DNA of 64,000 nucleotides from Kiritimatiellia bacterium (GTDB lineage: Bacteria > Verrucomicrobiota > Kiritimatiellia > JAAZAB01), in NCBI GenBank assembly GCA_040767085.1, contig JAXGPF010000012.1, positions 64,001-128,000 on the forward strand, in the 5' to 3' direction. Each line of letters starts with the position of its first letter. The stretch's first letter is position 1. Shown here one piece after another: positions 39,176-49,589 of this stretch. The notes beneath the pieces were generated by a model. That model worked only from the letters and a program-made list of their open reading frames with translations. It made no database searches and was not told the origin of the DNA. Both the position numbers and the translations under genes were made by a program.

Positions 39176-39286
39176 AATCTTGAATTGGATTGCGGGCAAA
39201 GCCCGCCTTATGTTGAAACCGTAAAACCAGCCGGCGGACCGGCACAGGCTGGCCGCTTGTGCCGCCGCCACAGCAACAGGCGCCAT

Positions 39287-39874
39287 ATGATATTGATGCT
39301 AGATAATTACGATTCCTTCACCTACAACCTTGTGCATGCCCTGGCCGCCATGGGCGCGGAAGTGCGCGTCTTCCGCAACGACGCCATCACCGTGGCCGAG
39401 GCCTGGGCACTGCAGCCGGCGGCGGTGGTGATTTCGCCGGGACCTTGCGCGCCGGAGCGCGCGGGCATTTCCGTGGAACTGATCCGCCGGTTCTCCGGCA
39501 CGCGGCCGCTGCTGGGCGTGTGCCTCGGGCACCAGGCCGTGGGGTTGGCCTTCGGCGCGCGGGTCGCGCGGGCGCGGAGCATCATGCACGGCAAGACTTC
39601 GCGGGTGCGCCATGATGGCCGGGGCCTGTATGCCGGCCTGAAAAATCCTTTTATCGCCGGCCGCTACCATTCCCTGGCGGTCCTGCGGGATGGCCTGCCG
39701 GAGGAACTGGTGGTGGAGGCCGCGGCGGAAGACGATGATGAAATCATGGGGCTGCGCCATCGCCGGCATCCGACGTTCGGCGTTCAGTTCCACCCGGAAT
39801 CAATCCTGACGCCCTCCGGCAAGCGTTTGTTGCGGAATTTTCTGGAACTGGCCGCGGGCGCCGCGGCGCCTTGA
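39287..39874 (+). CDS. trpG: Anthranilate synthase component II (glutamine amidotransferase)
   Basis: DNYDSFTYNL, SPGP, GVCLGHQ, RYHSL, QFHPES. Confidence 0.95.
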   Translation: MILMLDNYDSFTYNLVHALAAMGAEVRVFRNDAITVAEAWALQPAAVVISPGPCAPERAGISVELIRRFSGTRPLLGVCLGHQAVGLAFGARVARARSIMHGKTSRVRHDGRGLYAGLKNPFIAGRYHSLAVLRDGLPEELVVEAAAEDDDEIMGLRHRRHPTFGVQFHPESILTPSGKRLLRNFLELAAGAAAP

Positions 39875-39889
39875 AACGAGGAGCAATCC

Positions 39890-40918
39890 ATGCGCGTAAT
39901 ACTGGAACGGATTTTGTCCGGCGACAGCCTGGGCGCGGATGAGGCTGGCGCGGTGTTCGACCGGCTGATGGCCGGCGAGTTGACTGCCGCTCAGACGGGG
40001 GCCTTGCTGTTCGGGCTGCGGATGAAGGGCGAGGCGACGGTGGAAATCGCCGCCGCCGCCGCGGCCATGCGCCGGCGGGCGGTGCTGATTGATGCCGGCG
40101 GTCTGCCCGTGATTGACACTTGCGGCACCGGCGGGGACCGCCTGGGCACATTCAATATCTCCACGGCGGCGGCCCTGGTGGCTGCCGGCGCGGGCGTCCC
40201 GATCGCCAAACACGGCAACCGGGCCATGACCAGCCGCTGCGGTTCGGCCGATGTGCTGGCGGCCCTGGGCGTCAACATCGAAGCCCCGCCGGAACTGGTG
40301 GAAGAATGCCTGCGCGAGGCCGGCATGGGATTTTTGTTCGCCCAGCGCCTGCACCCGGCGATGAAAAACGTGGCCGCGGTGCGGCGCGAACTGGAGGTGC
40401 GCACGATTTTCAACCTGCTGGGCCCGTTGACCAATCCCGCCGGCGCCCGGGCCCAATTGCTGGGGGTGTTTGCCGCCGAATTGACGGAGCCGCTGGCGCA
40501 GGTCCTGCGGGACCTGGGCAGCCGGCGGGCGATGGTGGTGCATGGCCGCGACGGCATGGACGAAATCACCACGACCACCACCACCCGCATCACGGAATTG
40601 CGCGATGGCCGGCTGCGCACGTATGAGTTTGATCCCTTGCCATTTATCGGCGAATACGCTAAACTTTCCGCATTAATGGGCGGCGCACCGGACGCAAATG
40701 CCCGGATTCTGGAAAGCATCCTGGCGGGCGCGCCCGGCGCGCCGCGCGACATCGTCGTTTTAAACGCCGCGGCGGCCATCATGATCGGCGGCCGCGCCGA
40801 TGACTGGGCCGCGGCGCTGCCGCTGGCGCAGGCAGCGCTGGCGGACGGGCGCGCGCGCGCGGTGTTGCGGAAAATGGCCGCGATTACCGCCCCGGCCGGC
40901 GCGGGCGGCGGGCATTAA
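39890..40918 (+). CDS. trpD: Anthranilate phosphoribosyltransferase
   Basis: DTCGTGGD, FNIST, KHGNR, GSADVL, GMDE. Confidence 0.96.
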   Translation: MRVILERILSGDSLGADEAGAVFDRLMAGELTAAQTGALLFGLRMKGEATVEIAAAAAAMRRRAVLIDAGGLPVIDTCGTGGDRLGTFNISTAAALVAAGAGVPIAKHGNRAMTSRCGSADVLAALGVNIEAPPELVEECLREAGMGFLFAQRLHPAMKNVAAVRRELEVRTIFNLLGPLTNPAGARAQLLGVFAAELTEPLAQVLRDLGSRRAMVVHGRDGMDEITTTTTTRITELRDGRLRTYEFDPLPFIGEYAKLSALMGGAPDANARILESILAGAPGAPRDIVVLNAAAAIMIGGRADDWAAALPLAQAALADGRARAVLRKMAAITAPAGAGGGH

Positions 40919-40956
40919 CAGATTGACAGGATCGGCGGGACGGCTTCCGCCGCGGA

Positions 40957-41775
40957 ATGGTTATGGAAGATTTTTTACGCATGGTGCTGGAAGAACGGCG
41001 GCGGGATGCCGCGGCGGCGGCCGCCCGCGAGCCCCTGGAAGCCTTGCAGGCGCGGGTGGCCAAGCCGGCCGGCCGCTGCAGTTTGTTCGAGCGTTTGCAG
41101 CGCGTGTCCGAATCCGAAGCCTGCATTGTGGCGGAAATCAAGCGCGCCAGCCCTTCCGCCGGTTTGTTGCGCGCGGCTTGCGATCCGGCCCGGATCGCCG
41201 GTGTTTATGAGCAGGCGGGCGCCGGCGGGGTGTCGGTGGTGACCGAGCCCCGGCATTTTCAGGGGCAGGCGGCCGACGTGGCCGCGGCGCGCGCCGCCAC
41301 GGCCCTGCCGATCCTGCGCAAGGATTTTTATTCCGTGCCTTACCAGATTTACGAGACGGCGGCTTTGGGCGCGGACGTGGTGCTGCTGATCGCCGCTTGC
41401 CTGGATTTCAGCCAGTTGCGCGATTTGTATATTGTGGCCCAGGCGATTGGCCTGGAAGTGGTGGTGGAAGTGCATACAGCGGATGAGTTGGAAATGGTGC
41501 TGCCGCTGGCCAACGCCGTGATCGGCGTCAACAGCCGCAACTTGCGGACCATGAAAACCGACCTGAACATCACCCGGGAGTTGAGCCGGATGATTCCGCC
41601 GGGCCGCCTGGCGATGGCGGAAAGCGGCATCCATACCCGCCGGGATGTCAAGGAATTGCGCGAACTCGGTTATCGCGGTTTTCTGATCGGCGAAGCGCTG
41701 ATGCGTTCCGCCAATCCCGGGTTGCTCTTGCGAATGCTGCTGGGACACACCCCGCAGCCGCGGCGGACGGCATGA
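40957..41775 (+). CDS. trpC: Indole-3-glycerol phosphate synthase
   Basis: AEIKRASPSAG, LRKDF, EVH, GVNSRNL, ESGI, LIGEALM. Confidence 0.95.
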   Translation: MVMEDFLRMVLEERRRDAAAAAAREPLEALQARVAKPAGRCSLFERLQRVSESEACIVAEIKRASPSAGLLRAACDPARIAGVYEQAGAGGVSVVTEPRHFQGQAADVAAARAATALPILRKDFYSVPYQIYETAALGADVVLLIAACLDFSQLRDLYIVAQAIGLEVVVEVHTADELEMVLPLANAVIGVNSRNLRTMKTDLNITRELSRMIPPGRLAMAESGIHTRRDVKELRELGYRGFLIGEALMRSANPGLLLRMLLGHTPQPRRTA

Positions 41776-42419
41776 CGCCGTTCGCCATAAAAATCTGCGG
41801 CTTGACGAACTTGGACGATGCGCGCGCGGCGCGGGATGCCGGCGCGGATTTCCTGGGGTTTGTGCTGTTTCCCGGCTCCCCCCGCGCCGTGACGCCCGCG
41901 GCCCTGGCGCGGATTGCCGGACGCCTGGACCAGCCGCCCCCCTTGGTGGGGGTGTTTGTCAACCAGCCGGCGGACGAGGTGGCGCGGATTGCCGCCGCAT
42001 GCAACTTGGGCGCCGTGCAATTGCACGGCGATGAAACCTGGGCGGAGTATGCGTCGCTGGCGCCGCCGGTCTGGCGGGCTTTCCGGATGGTGCGGGGCAG
42101 GCCGCGGCCGGATCCCGCGGATTGGCCGGCGGCGAGGCTGGTCATGGATGCGGCGGCGGGCGGCAGTTATGGCGGTACGGGCCGCCGCGCGGATTGGCCG
42201 GCGGCCGCGCAACTGGCCCGCCGCTGGCCCTTGATGCTGGCCGGCGGCCTGACGCCGGAGAATGTGGCGGCGGCCATCCGGCGGGTGCGGCCGCTGGGCG
42301 TGGATGTGTCCGGCGGGGTGGAAGGCGCTCCGCGCCGCAAGGACCGCCGGCGGCTGCGGGAATTTGTGCGCGCCGCGCGGACCGCGGCCGCTGAAATGGA
42401 AAAAGGCAATGAGTGTTAA
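41772..42419 (+). CDS. trpF: Phosphoribosylanthranilate isomerase
   Basis: [30 protein letters not shown]. Confidence 0.95.
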   Translation: MTPFAIKICGLTNLDDARAARDAGADFLGFVLFPGSPRAVTPAALARIAGRLDQPPPLVGVFVNQPADEVARIAAACNLGAVQLHGDETWAEYASLAPPVWRAFRMVRGRPRPDPADWPAARLVMDAAAGGSYGGTGRRADWPAAAQLARRWPLMLAGGLTPENVAAAIRRVRPLGVDVSGGVEGAPRRKDRRRLREFVRAARTAAAEMEKGNEC

Positions 42420-43638
42420 AAAAAATCGCGCAGTCCCGCGTTATCCGGATCGAGCCGGTCATTTCGGCGACTACGGCGGGCGGTATGTGGCTGAAACCCT
42501 GATGCCGGCCTTGCTGGAAATCGAGCGCGAGTACCGGCGGGCGGCCAGGGACGCGCGCTTCCGGCGCGAGTTCCAGCGGTTGCTGCGGGATTACGTCGGC
42601 CGGCCTTCGCCCCTGTATCATGCGGAACGCCTGTCGCAAGCCTGGGGCGGCGCCCGGGTGTTTTTGAAGCGCGAGGATTTGAACCATACCGGCGCCCATA
42701 AAATCAATAACACCATCGGCCAGGCCCTCCTGGCGCGGCGCATGGGCAAAAAACGCCTGATGGCCGAGACTGGCGCCGGCCAGCATGGCGTGGCTACGGC
42801 GACCGCGGCGGCCTTGTTCGGCATGGCCTGCGATGTTTACATGGGCGTCGAGGATATCCGGCGCCAGGCGCCGAATGTGCGCCGCATGGAATTTCTCGGC
42901 GCGCGCGTGCATCCGGTGGCCAGCGGCACGGCCACCCTCAAGGATGCCATGAGCGAAGCCCTGCGCGCCTGGGTGGCCTGCGTGGATGATACCTTTTACG
43001 TCATCGGCACCGTCGCGGGCCCGCATCCGTATCCCATGCTGGTGCAGGATTTCCAGAGCGTCATCGGGAGGGAAACCCGCGCCCAGGTGTTGCAGCAGGC
43101 CGGGCGTCTGCCGGATTTGGTGGCGGCCTGCGTCGGCGGCGGCAGCAATGCGGCGGGAATTTTTGATGCGTTCCTGGAAGATCGGCGGGTGGGCTTGCTG
43201 GGCGCGGAAGCCGCCGGTCTCGGCCTGGCCACCGGCCGCCATGCCGCCAGCATCAGCGCCGGAAGGATCGGCATCCTCCACGGCAACAAGAGTTACCTGC
43301 TGCAGGACGGCGACGGCCAGGTCCGCAACGCGCATTCCGTCAGCGCCGGACTGGATTATCCCGGTGTCGGCCCGGCCCATGCCGCGTGGGCGGATTGCGG
43401 CCGGGTGCAGTATGTCGGGATCACCGACCGCCAGGCTTTGCGGGCCTTTTATGAATTGACGCGCCTGGAGGGCATTTTGCCGGCCCTGGAATCCAGCCAT
43501 GCGCTGGCCGCGGCGCGCCCGCGCGCCCGCCGCCTTGGGCGCCGCGGCGTGCTGGTGGTGTGCTTGTCCGGCCGGGGCGACAAGGATTTGGACCACGTGG
43601 CGGCGGCCGGCCGGCCGCCGTTTAAAACAGGAACCTGA
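42409..43638 (+). CDS. trpB: Tryptophan synthase beta chain
   Basis: [47 protein letters not shown]. Confidence 0.97.
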   Translation: MSVKKNRAVPRYPDRAGHFGDYGGRYVAETLMPALLEIEREYRRAARDARFRREFQRLLRDYVGRPSPLYHAERLSQAWGGARVFLKREDLNHTGAHKINNTIGQALLARRMGKKRLMAETGAGQHGVATATAAALFGMACDVYMGVEDIRRQAPNVRRMEFLGARVHPVASGTATLKDAMSEALRAWVACVDDTFYVIGTVAGPHPYPMLVQDFQSVIGRETRAQVLQQAGRLPDLVAACVGGGSNAAGIFDAFLEDRRVGLLGAEAAGLGLATGRHAASISAGRIGILHGNKSYLLQDGDGQVRNAHSVSAGLDYPGVGPAHAAWADCGRVQYVGITDRQALRAFYELTRLEGILPALESSHALAAARPRARRLGRRGVLVVCLSGRGDKDLDHVAAAGRPPFKTGT

Positions 43639-43645
43639 TCGGCTT

Positions 43646-44434
43646 ATGTCTCGTTTATCCGATTGTTTTACGCAGTTGCGCCGGAGCCGGCGCAAGGCCC
43701 TGGTGGGATACCTTACGGCGGGCGACCCGGACCTGGCGCAGTCCGAGCGCGATATGCGGATTGCCTTGCGCAATGGCGTGGATGTCCTGGAAATCGGCGT
43801 GCCTTTTTCCGATCCCACGGCGGATGGCCCGGTGATTCAGGCCGCCGGCCGCCGGGCGCTGGATGCCGGAGCCAACCTGCGGCGTATCCTGGCCATGGTC
43901 CGGCGGCTGCGCCGCGACTTCCCGGCCGCGCCCATGATCCTCTTCAGCTACGCCAATCCCCTGCTGGCCTACGGCTATGAACAACTTTGCCGGGATGCCG
44001 CGGCTGCCGGGGTGGACGGCTTGCTGGCGGTGGATCTGCCCTTCGAGGAATCGGAGGAATTGCGCCGCTGGATGCGGCCGCTGGGATTGCAATTCGTCCA
44101 GTTGATCGCGCCGACAACGCCCGCGGCGCGCATGCGGCGGATTCTGGCGGGCGCCGACGGTTTCGTCTATTACATCCTGGTGAAAGGCGTGACGGGCGGC
44201 AGTTCCCGGCTGACGCCGGCGGCGATCGGGCACTTACGGCAACTTGCCGGGTGCACGGATTTGCCGGTGGCGGTGGGATTCGGCGTGCGCACGGCCGGGC
44301 AGGCGCGCCGGATTGCGCGTTATGCCGATGCCGTCGTGGTAGGCAGCGCGCTGGTGGAGGCCGCCCGCCGGCGCCGCCTGGCCGCCTTCGTGCGCGAGCT
44401 GGCCGCGGCCCTGGGGCGCCGGAAAGAAAAATGA
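43646..44434 (+). CDS. trpA: Tryptophan synthase alpha chain
   Basis: EIGVPFSDPTADGPVIQ, DLPFEE, GVTG, GFG, VGSA. Confidence 0.96.
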   Translation: MSRLSDCFTQLRRSRRKALVGYLTAGDPDLAQSERDMRIALRNGVDVLEIGVPFSDPTADGPVIQAAGRRALDAGANLRRILAMVRRLRRDFPAAPMILFSYANPLLAYGYEQLCRDAAAAGVDGLLAVDLPFEESEELRRWMRPLGLQFVQLIAPTTPAARMRRILAGADGFVYYILVKGVTGGSSRLTPAAIGHLRQLAGCTDLPVAVGFGVRTAGQARRIARYADAVVVGSALVEAARRRRLAAFVRELAAALGRRKEK

Positions 44435-44438
44435 TTTT

Positions 44439-45161
44439 GTGCAGCATCCGTCCGACATAATCTACGGCGTCAACCCGGCGTTTGAAGTGGTGCGCGCCGG
44501 CCGGCGCGCGGTGCGGCGCGCCTGGCTGGCCGCCGGCGCCGCCGACAGTCCGCGGTTGCGCAAGCTGGCGGAAATGCTGGCCCGCGCCGGCGTGCCGGTG
44601 GAAAAAGCCGGCAAGGATGTTGTCGCCCGGCATTGCCGCAGCCCGGAACACCAGGGCGTGGCGCTGGAAACGGCGCCGTATCCCTATGCGCCGCTGGCGG
44701 AATTGCTGGCGGCGCGGCGCCTGCTGCTGCTGGATAACGTGGAAGACCCGCAGAATGTGGGCGCAATTTTGCGCAGCGCCGAAGTGTTCGGCTGGTCGAA
44801 TGTGCTGTTGCCCAACCGCGGCGTGCCGGAAATTTACGCCTCGGTGGTCAAGGCCTCCGCGGGCGCCACGGAGCATTTGAACATTTGCAGGGAATGCACG
44901 GCCAATGGTTACGTCCGCCAGGCGCTGGCCGCGGGGTACCGCCTGGTGGCGCTGGACAGCAAAGGCCGCGACGATTTGACCCGGATCGCCGGCGCGCGGC
45001 TGGAGAAGATTTTGCTGGTGATCGGCGGCGAACATCATGGGGTAGGGCAGTATATTTTGAACCAGGCGCACCATGTGGCCGGCATTCCGCAACGGGGCAG
45101 GACAACGTCGTTGAATGCTTCCGTGGCCGCCGGGATTGCGCTGTTTTTGCTGGGAGGGTAA
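44439..45161 (+). CDS. rlmB: SpoU/TrmH RNA 2'-O-methyltransferase (RlmB-like)
   Basis: HQGV, DNVEDPQNVGAILRSA, ASAGA, IGGE..GV, SLNASVA. Confidence 0.85.
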   Translation: MQHPSDIIYGVNPAFEVVRAGRRAVRRAWLAAGAADSPRLRKLAEMLARAGVPVEKAGKDVVARHCRSPEHQGVALETAPYPYAPLAELLAARRLLLLDNVEDPQNVGAILRSAEVFGWSNVLLPNRGVPEIYASVVKASAGATEHLNICRECTANGYVRQALAAGYRLVALDSKGRDDLTRIAGARLEKILLVIGGEHHGVGQYILNQAHHVAGIPQRGRTTSLNASVAAGIALFLLGG

Positions 45162-45162
45162 T

Positions 45163-45735
45163 GTGCCGACCGCATTAATTATTCATGGCACGTGTTCGCA
45201 AGAGGAGTATCTGGACGAACGCTATCCTTCTTCCATCAACAGCCATTGGCTGCCCTGGCTGCTGAAACAATTGCTGATGGCCGGCTATGCCGCGCAGACT
45301 CCCACCATGCCGCTGGCGTATCAGCCGGTTTACGCCGATTGGGCGCGGGAATTTCAGCGGCACGAACTCGGCCCGGAATCCCTGCTGGTCGGACACAGTT
45401 GCGGCAGCGGCTTCCTCCTGCGCTGGCTGGCGGAAAATCCCGTGCCCGTCCGCCGCCTGGTGCTGGTGGCGCCCTGGCTGGATCCGTTCGGCCGGAAGTG
45501 TCCGGATTTTTTCAGGTTCGACCTGGACCCCGCCTTGTCCGCCCGGGCGGAAATGCACCTGGTATTTTCCGACAATGACGGCGCGGACATCAACGAATCG
45601 GTCCGGCGCATTCTGGCGGCGTATCCGAGCGTCAAACAGCATCTCTTCCCCGGGTACGGTCATTTCTGTTATGCCAACCTGCGCACGGCGGAATTTCCGG
45701 AACTGCGCGGGATCGTGCTGCGCGGGCTGAATTGA
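45163..45735 (+). CDS. RBBP9/YdeN-family alpha/beta hydrolase
   Basis: IIHG, HWLPWL, GHSCG nucleophile elbow, LVAPW, SDND, GHF; GGGAGG before GTG. Confidence 0.85.
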   Translation: MPTALIIHGTCSQEEYLDERYPSSINSHWLPWLLKQLLMAGYAAQTPTMPLAYQPVYADWAREFQRHELGPESLLVGHSCGSGFLLRWLAENPVPVRRLVLVAPWLDPFGRKCPDFFRFDLDPALSARAEMHLVFSDNDGADINESVRRILAAYPSVKQHLFPGYGHFCYANLRTAEFPELRGIVLRGLN

Positions 45736-45776
45736 CTTTGCCGTTTCCGGCCTGTGGCGCAATCCCAGTGCGGAGC

Positions 45777-45800
45777 GCCGAACGCAGTTCGGCCACTACA
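45777..45800 (-). repeat. Single GTAG-type REP-like hairpin
   Basis: Minus strand TGTAGTGGCCGAACTGCGTTCGGC. Confidence 0.45.
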
Positions 45801-45892
45801 ACCGGAACGTGACTCCCGCCCGATAATGATTGCAAAATTTCCGCGGAACATGCACAATAACCAGCAATTAACCTATTTCGGAGGAAATCATC

Positions 45893-47098
45893 ATGGCAGC
45901 GAAAACGACGAAAACGGCGAAGGCGGTCAATGTGGCGTTGATTGGGCAGGCATTCATGGGCCGGGCGCATTCCAACGCCTGGAGCCAGGTCAACCGGTTC
46001 TGCAACCCGCCGCGCCGGGCGGCGCTGCACACCATCTGCGCCGCGCATGCCGAAACGCTCTCCGCCTTTGCGGAGCAATGGGGCTGGCAGCATCACTCCA
46101 CCGATTGGAAGGCGGTCTGCCGGGACCCGGAGGTGGACCTGGTGGACATCGGCACGCCGAATTACCTACACCTGCCGATGGCGCGCGCGGCCTTGCAAGC
46201 CGGCAAGCACGTGGCCTGCGAGAAGCCCCTGGCCGGGACCTTGAAAGATGCCCGGGAAATGCTGGCGCTGGCGCGGCGCGCGCCGGGCCGCACGTTTGTC
46301 TGGTACAATTACCGCCGCTGTCCGGCGGTGGCCTTCGCGCATCAACTGGTGCGCCAGGGCAAGCTCGGGCGCATCCGCCATGTGCGCGCCTGCTATCTGC
46401 AATCGTGGGGCGATGAATCCGTGCCGCTGGCCTGGCGCTTCGACAAAAAACTGGCAGGGTCCGGCGCGCACGGCGATTTGAACGCGCATATCGTGGATAT
46501 GACGCGCTTTGTCTCAGGCGAGGAAATCACGGAAATCTGCGGCGCCATTGCCGAGACGTTTGTCAAGGAACGCAGCTTGATGGCCGGCGCGGCGGCCGGC
46601 GGCATCGCCGCCGGTTTGAATGCCCGGCGCGGCAAAGGGCGGGTGACGGTGGACGATTGCGTCCTGTTCCTGGCGCGGTTCAGCGGCGGCGCGGTGGCCA
46701 GCTTTGAAGCGGCGCGCCAGGCCACGGGTAATTTCAACCGGCATGGTTTTGAAATGGACGGCACCAAGGGCGCCTTGCGCTTCAATTTCGAGGATATGAA
46801 TTCCCTGGAATATTTCGATGCCACCGCGCCGCGGCCGTTGCAGGGCTGGACCCGCATTTTCTGCACCAACGCCGGCAGCCATCCCTATGCCGGGTTCTGG
46901 TGGCCGGACGTCCACATCATCGGCTACGAACACGGGTTTACCAACATGGCCTACGATATCCTGTCCGTGCTGGCGGGACGCAAGCCCGTGGTGCCGCTGC
47001 CGGACTTCGCCGACGCCTACCAGACCCAGCGGGTGCTGGAAGCGGCGCTGATTGCTGCGCGGACGAAACAGTGGGTGAGTTTGAGCAGTGTGAACTGA
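45893..47098 (+). CDS. Gfo/Idh/MocA family oxidoreductase
   Basis: IGQAFMGRAH, CEKP, YNYRR, GSGAHGDLNAH; GGAGG RBS. Confidence 0.92.
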   Translation: MAAKTTKTAKAVNVALIGQAFMGRAHSNAWSQVNRFCNPPRRAALHTICAAHAETLSAFAEQWGWQHHSTDWKAVCRDPEVDLVDIGTPNYLHLPMARAALQAGKHVACEKPLAGTLKDAREMLALARRAPGRTFVWYNYRRCPAVAFAHQLVRQGKLGRIRHVRACYLQSWGDESVPLAWRFDKKLAGSGAHGDLNAHIVDMTRFVSGEEITEICGAIAETFVKERSLMAGAAAGGIAAGLNARRGKGRVTVDDCVLFLARFSGGAVASFEAARQATGNFNRHGFEMDGTKGALRFNFEDMNSLEYFDATAPRPLQGWTRIFCTNAGSHPYAGFWWPDVHIIGYEHGFTNMAYDILSVLAGRKPVVPLPDFADAYQTQRVLEAALIAARTKQWVSLSSVN

Positions 47099-47119
47099 AT
47101 CCGTGACGCGCGGCGGGTT

Positions 47120-47560
47120 TTATGCGGGCGTTCCCGGCGCCGGCGCGAGCAGTTGGCGCAATTCCGCGGGCGGGCGTATCACACGCCCATCGCGGCCGAG
47201 GCAGACATGCACCGTGTAGCCGGCGGCGATGATGTCCGGCGCGCCGGCGCCGCGCGTAATTTCGTAACGGATAGTCAGCCGCACGCCCTTGATCTCGCAG
47301 CGTGACGCGACCGTCAGCAGGTCGTCGAAATGCGCCGGCGTTTTGTATTCGCAGTGGGCTTCAATCACCGGCAGGAACACCCCCCGGGCTTCCAGTTCGC
47401 CGTAGGGCAGGCCGATTTCGCGCAGCATTTCCGAACGCGCCATCTCGAAATACACCAGGTAGTTGGCGTAGTAAACGTAGCGCATCTGGTCGGTATGCGC
47501 GTAAGGCACGCGGATCGCGTGCCGGAATATCTTGCCGGCGTTGTCCGGTGAAGTTGACAT
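47120..47560 (-). CDS. YbgC/FadM-family acyl-CoA thioesterase
   Basis: RVPYAHTDQMRYVYYANYLVYFEMAR, YKTPAHFDD. Confidence 0.88.
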   Translation of the reverse strand: MSTSPDNAGKIFRHAIRVPYAHTDQMRYVYYANYLVYFEMARSEMLREIGLPYGELEARGVFLPVIEAHCEYKTPAHFDDLLTVASRCEIKGVRLTIRYEITRGAGAPDIIAAGYTVHVCLGRDGRVIRPPAELRQLLAPAPGTPA

Positions 47561-47816
47561 GCGCCTGAAATCTGCCAGTTCCGGCGGGGAAAGTCAAGCC
47601 GTCATCGCCTCTGTATCTGGCCTTTGGATTAGCATCAGATTGTCTTTTGCGCTTGCACATGACGCCGCCTTTATGCATCTTATGCGGTAATTTTTGCGGC
47701 AATGAGTCCCCCCATGCCGGCCGATTTAATGCCTCAAGCCTGCACGGACTACGCCATGCAGGACAAAAAGTGCGTTTTGTGGTCAACCGTCAATGCGCGG
47801 CATAAAGGAGAGCGCC

Positions 47817-48611
47817 ATGCGTAATCTGCACAAATATGAAGAGTTGTTTCCGGATGAATTCGCCGCGGAAGTCAAGCGCAAGCCGATCGTTTATTGTTCA
47901 TTTGGGCCGGTGGAATATCACGGCCCGCATGGCGCGCTCGGCATGGATTACCTGAAAGGTTACGAAATCTGCCTGCGCGCGGTGGAAATATCCGGCGGCA
48001 TCGTTTATCCGTTGCTGCCGATCGCGCCCGGCGGCAATCCATTGATGAGCCGGGATGAATTACGCGCGATCGCGAAAATAGCGTACCCCGGCGTGTTTAC
48101 CAGCGCCGAGTTGTGCGAAAAACTATACGCGGAGCTTTTTGAAACTTTTGCCGAGGATATCGGATTCAAGGTCTGTGTCGTCATGGGATCGCATGGGCCG
48201 GCCGGAATTCTGGCGAAAAAAATCGCCGCGGAAAATCCGTCGTTGAAGGGCATGAAAATCATCGCGGCGGGCAGTTTGTCGCACAACCTGGATTTGGTCA
48301 AGGCCGAATATGCGCGCCTGGGCATCCAGCGCATCAGCCATGGCGGCATGTGGGAATCCGCCATGCTGATGGTCAGCAATCCGGAACTGGTTGATCCGGA
48401 AAAATTAAAGACGGTGCCGCCCGGCCCGGCCGAGGAATATTCGGATAAAAAATACGGACCGCACACGCGGCCGGATTACGAGGAAATATCCAAGGTGTCG
48501 CGGGAATTTGGCGAGCGTCTGATCCAGACCGCGGCGGAAAGAATCGCCGCCGCGGCCCTGGCGGCGCTGGAACAGACCTGGCGGGCCACGGGTCAGGCGC
48601 CCCGCTTGTAG
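47817..48611 (+). CDS. Creatininase/amidohydrolase family protein
   Basis: GPVEYHGPH..LGMD, SHG, HGG.WES; AAGGAG RBS. Confidence 0.8.
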   Translation: MRNLHKYEELFPDEFAAEVKRKPIVYCSFGPVEYHGPHGALGMDYLKGYEICLRAVEISGGIVYPLLPIAPGGNPLMSRDELRAIAKIAYPGVFTSAELCEKLYAELFETFAEDIGFKVCVVMGSHGPAGILAKKIAAENPSLKGMKIIAAGSLSHNLDLVKAEYARLGIQRISHGGMWESAMLMVSNPELVDPEKLKTVPPGPAEEYSDKKYGPHTRPDYEEISKVSREFGERLIQTAAERIAAAALAALEQTWRATGQAPRL

Positions 48612-49474
48612 GCCAGCAGGAGCCCGGCGCCGACCACCAGGAGGCCTCCGGCGACCTTGGCGCCCGTGAGCGTTTCCCCCAGCAGGAGGCACGAGAAAAC
48701 GAGGGTGACGACCGGTTCGGCCATGGAAAGCATGGAAGCCTGCACCGGGCCGATGCGCTTCAATCCGGCAAAAAACGTGACCGTGGCCAGCACGGTGGAT
48801 ATCACGGCAATGCAGACCACGGCGGCCCAGCCGGCCGCCGTCCCCGGCAATTGCAGGCCGCGGTGCAGCACGGCGGCGGCGTAAGTCACGGCCGCCGCCG
48901 CGCTGATCAGGGCCGCCGCGGTGGTGGAGTCCGTGTGCCGGAGCGCCGCCGTACCGACGATAATATACGTCGAATAAATCAGCGCCGCCATCAGGGCCCA
49001 GAATATCCCCCAGCCCTGTCCCCCGGGCTGGAAGCCGACCACCAGGACGATGCCGGCGAAGGCCAGTCCCAGCGCCAGCATTTCACGGACCCGGATCGGG
49101 TGGCGCAATACGGCCACGGACAGGATGGTCACCAGCGCGGGATAGGTGTAAAGCAGCAAGGCCACCGTGCCGGCCGGCGCCAGGGTCAAGGCGGTGAAAT
49201 AACTGAAAGACTGCCCGGCATATCCGAGCGCGCCCATGCCGGCAAGCAGCAGGAGTGTTTTGCCGCGCGGCAGCCTGGCGCCGCGCAGGAACAGCCAGGC
49301 CGACATTAACAGCGCCGCCATGCCGAACCGCAGAAAGAGTATGGAGACCGGGTCCGCGCCGGAACGATACGCGGCATAGGCAAAGACCGGCATGGCGCCG
49401 AAAGCGGTGGCGGAGGCCAGAATCAAGAGCATGCCGGCCGAACGGCGGCCGGAAGGTTTGGATGTCGCCTGCAT
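48593..49474 (-). CDS. EamA/DMT-family transporter
   Basis: About 10 TM segments in two repeats; LLYTYP, EPV, GETLT. Confidence 0.9.
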   Translation of the reverse strand: MQATSKPSGRRSAGMLLILASATAFGAMPVFAYAAYRSGADPVSILFLRFGMAALLMSAWLFLRGARLPRGKTLLLLAGMGALGYAGQSFSYFTALTLAPAGTVALLLYTYPALVTILSVAVLRHPIRVREMLALGLAFAGIVLVVGFQPGGQGWGIFWALMAALIYSTYIIVGTAALRHTDSTTAAALISAAAAVTYAAAVLHRGLQLPGTAAGWAAVVCIAVISTVLATVTFFAGLKRIGPVQASMLSMAEPVVTLVFSCLLLGETLTGAKVAGGLLVVGAGLLLAYKRGA

Positions 49475-49589
49475 GACTTGCCTGATCACGAGTTGCGCGC
49501 GGAAGGTGAATGAGCGGCACGGTAGATGTTTCAGCCGCGCCAGTCAAAACAAATTTTCAGGCGGTAGCATCCCCAGGGAAACCGCTTTA

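Noticed and set aside
38770-39245. ORFs in the trpE-trpG gap as a leader peptide or genes
   Set aside because: No tandem Trp codons or recognisable domains; they read through repeat sequence.
40568-40585. ACC run (Thr6) in trpD
   Set aside because: In-frame, interrupted by ACG and at a normally Thr/Ser-rich position; no evidence of a contingency locus.
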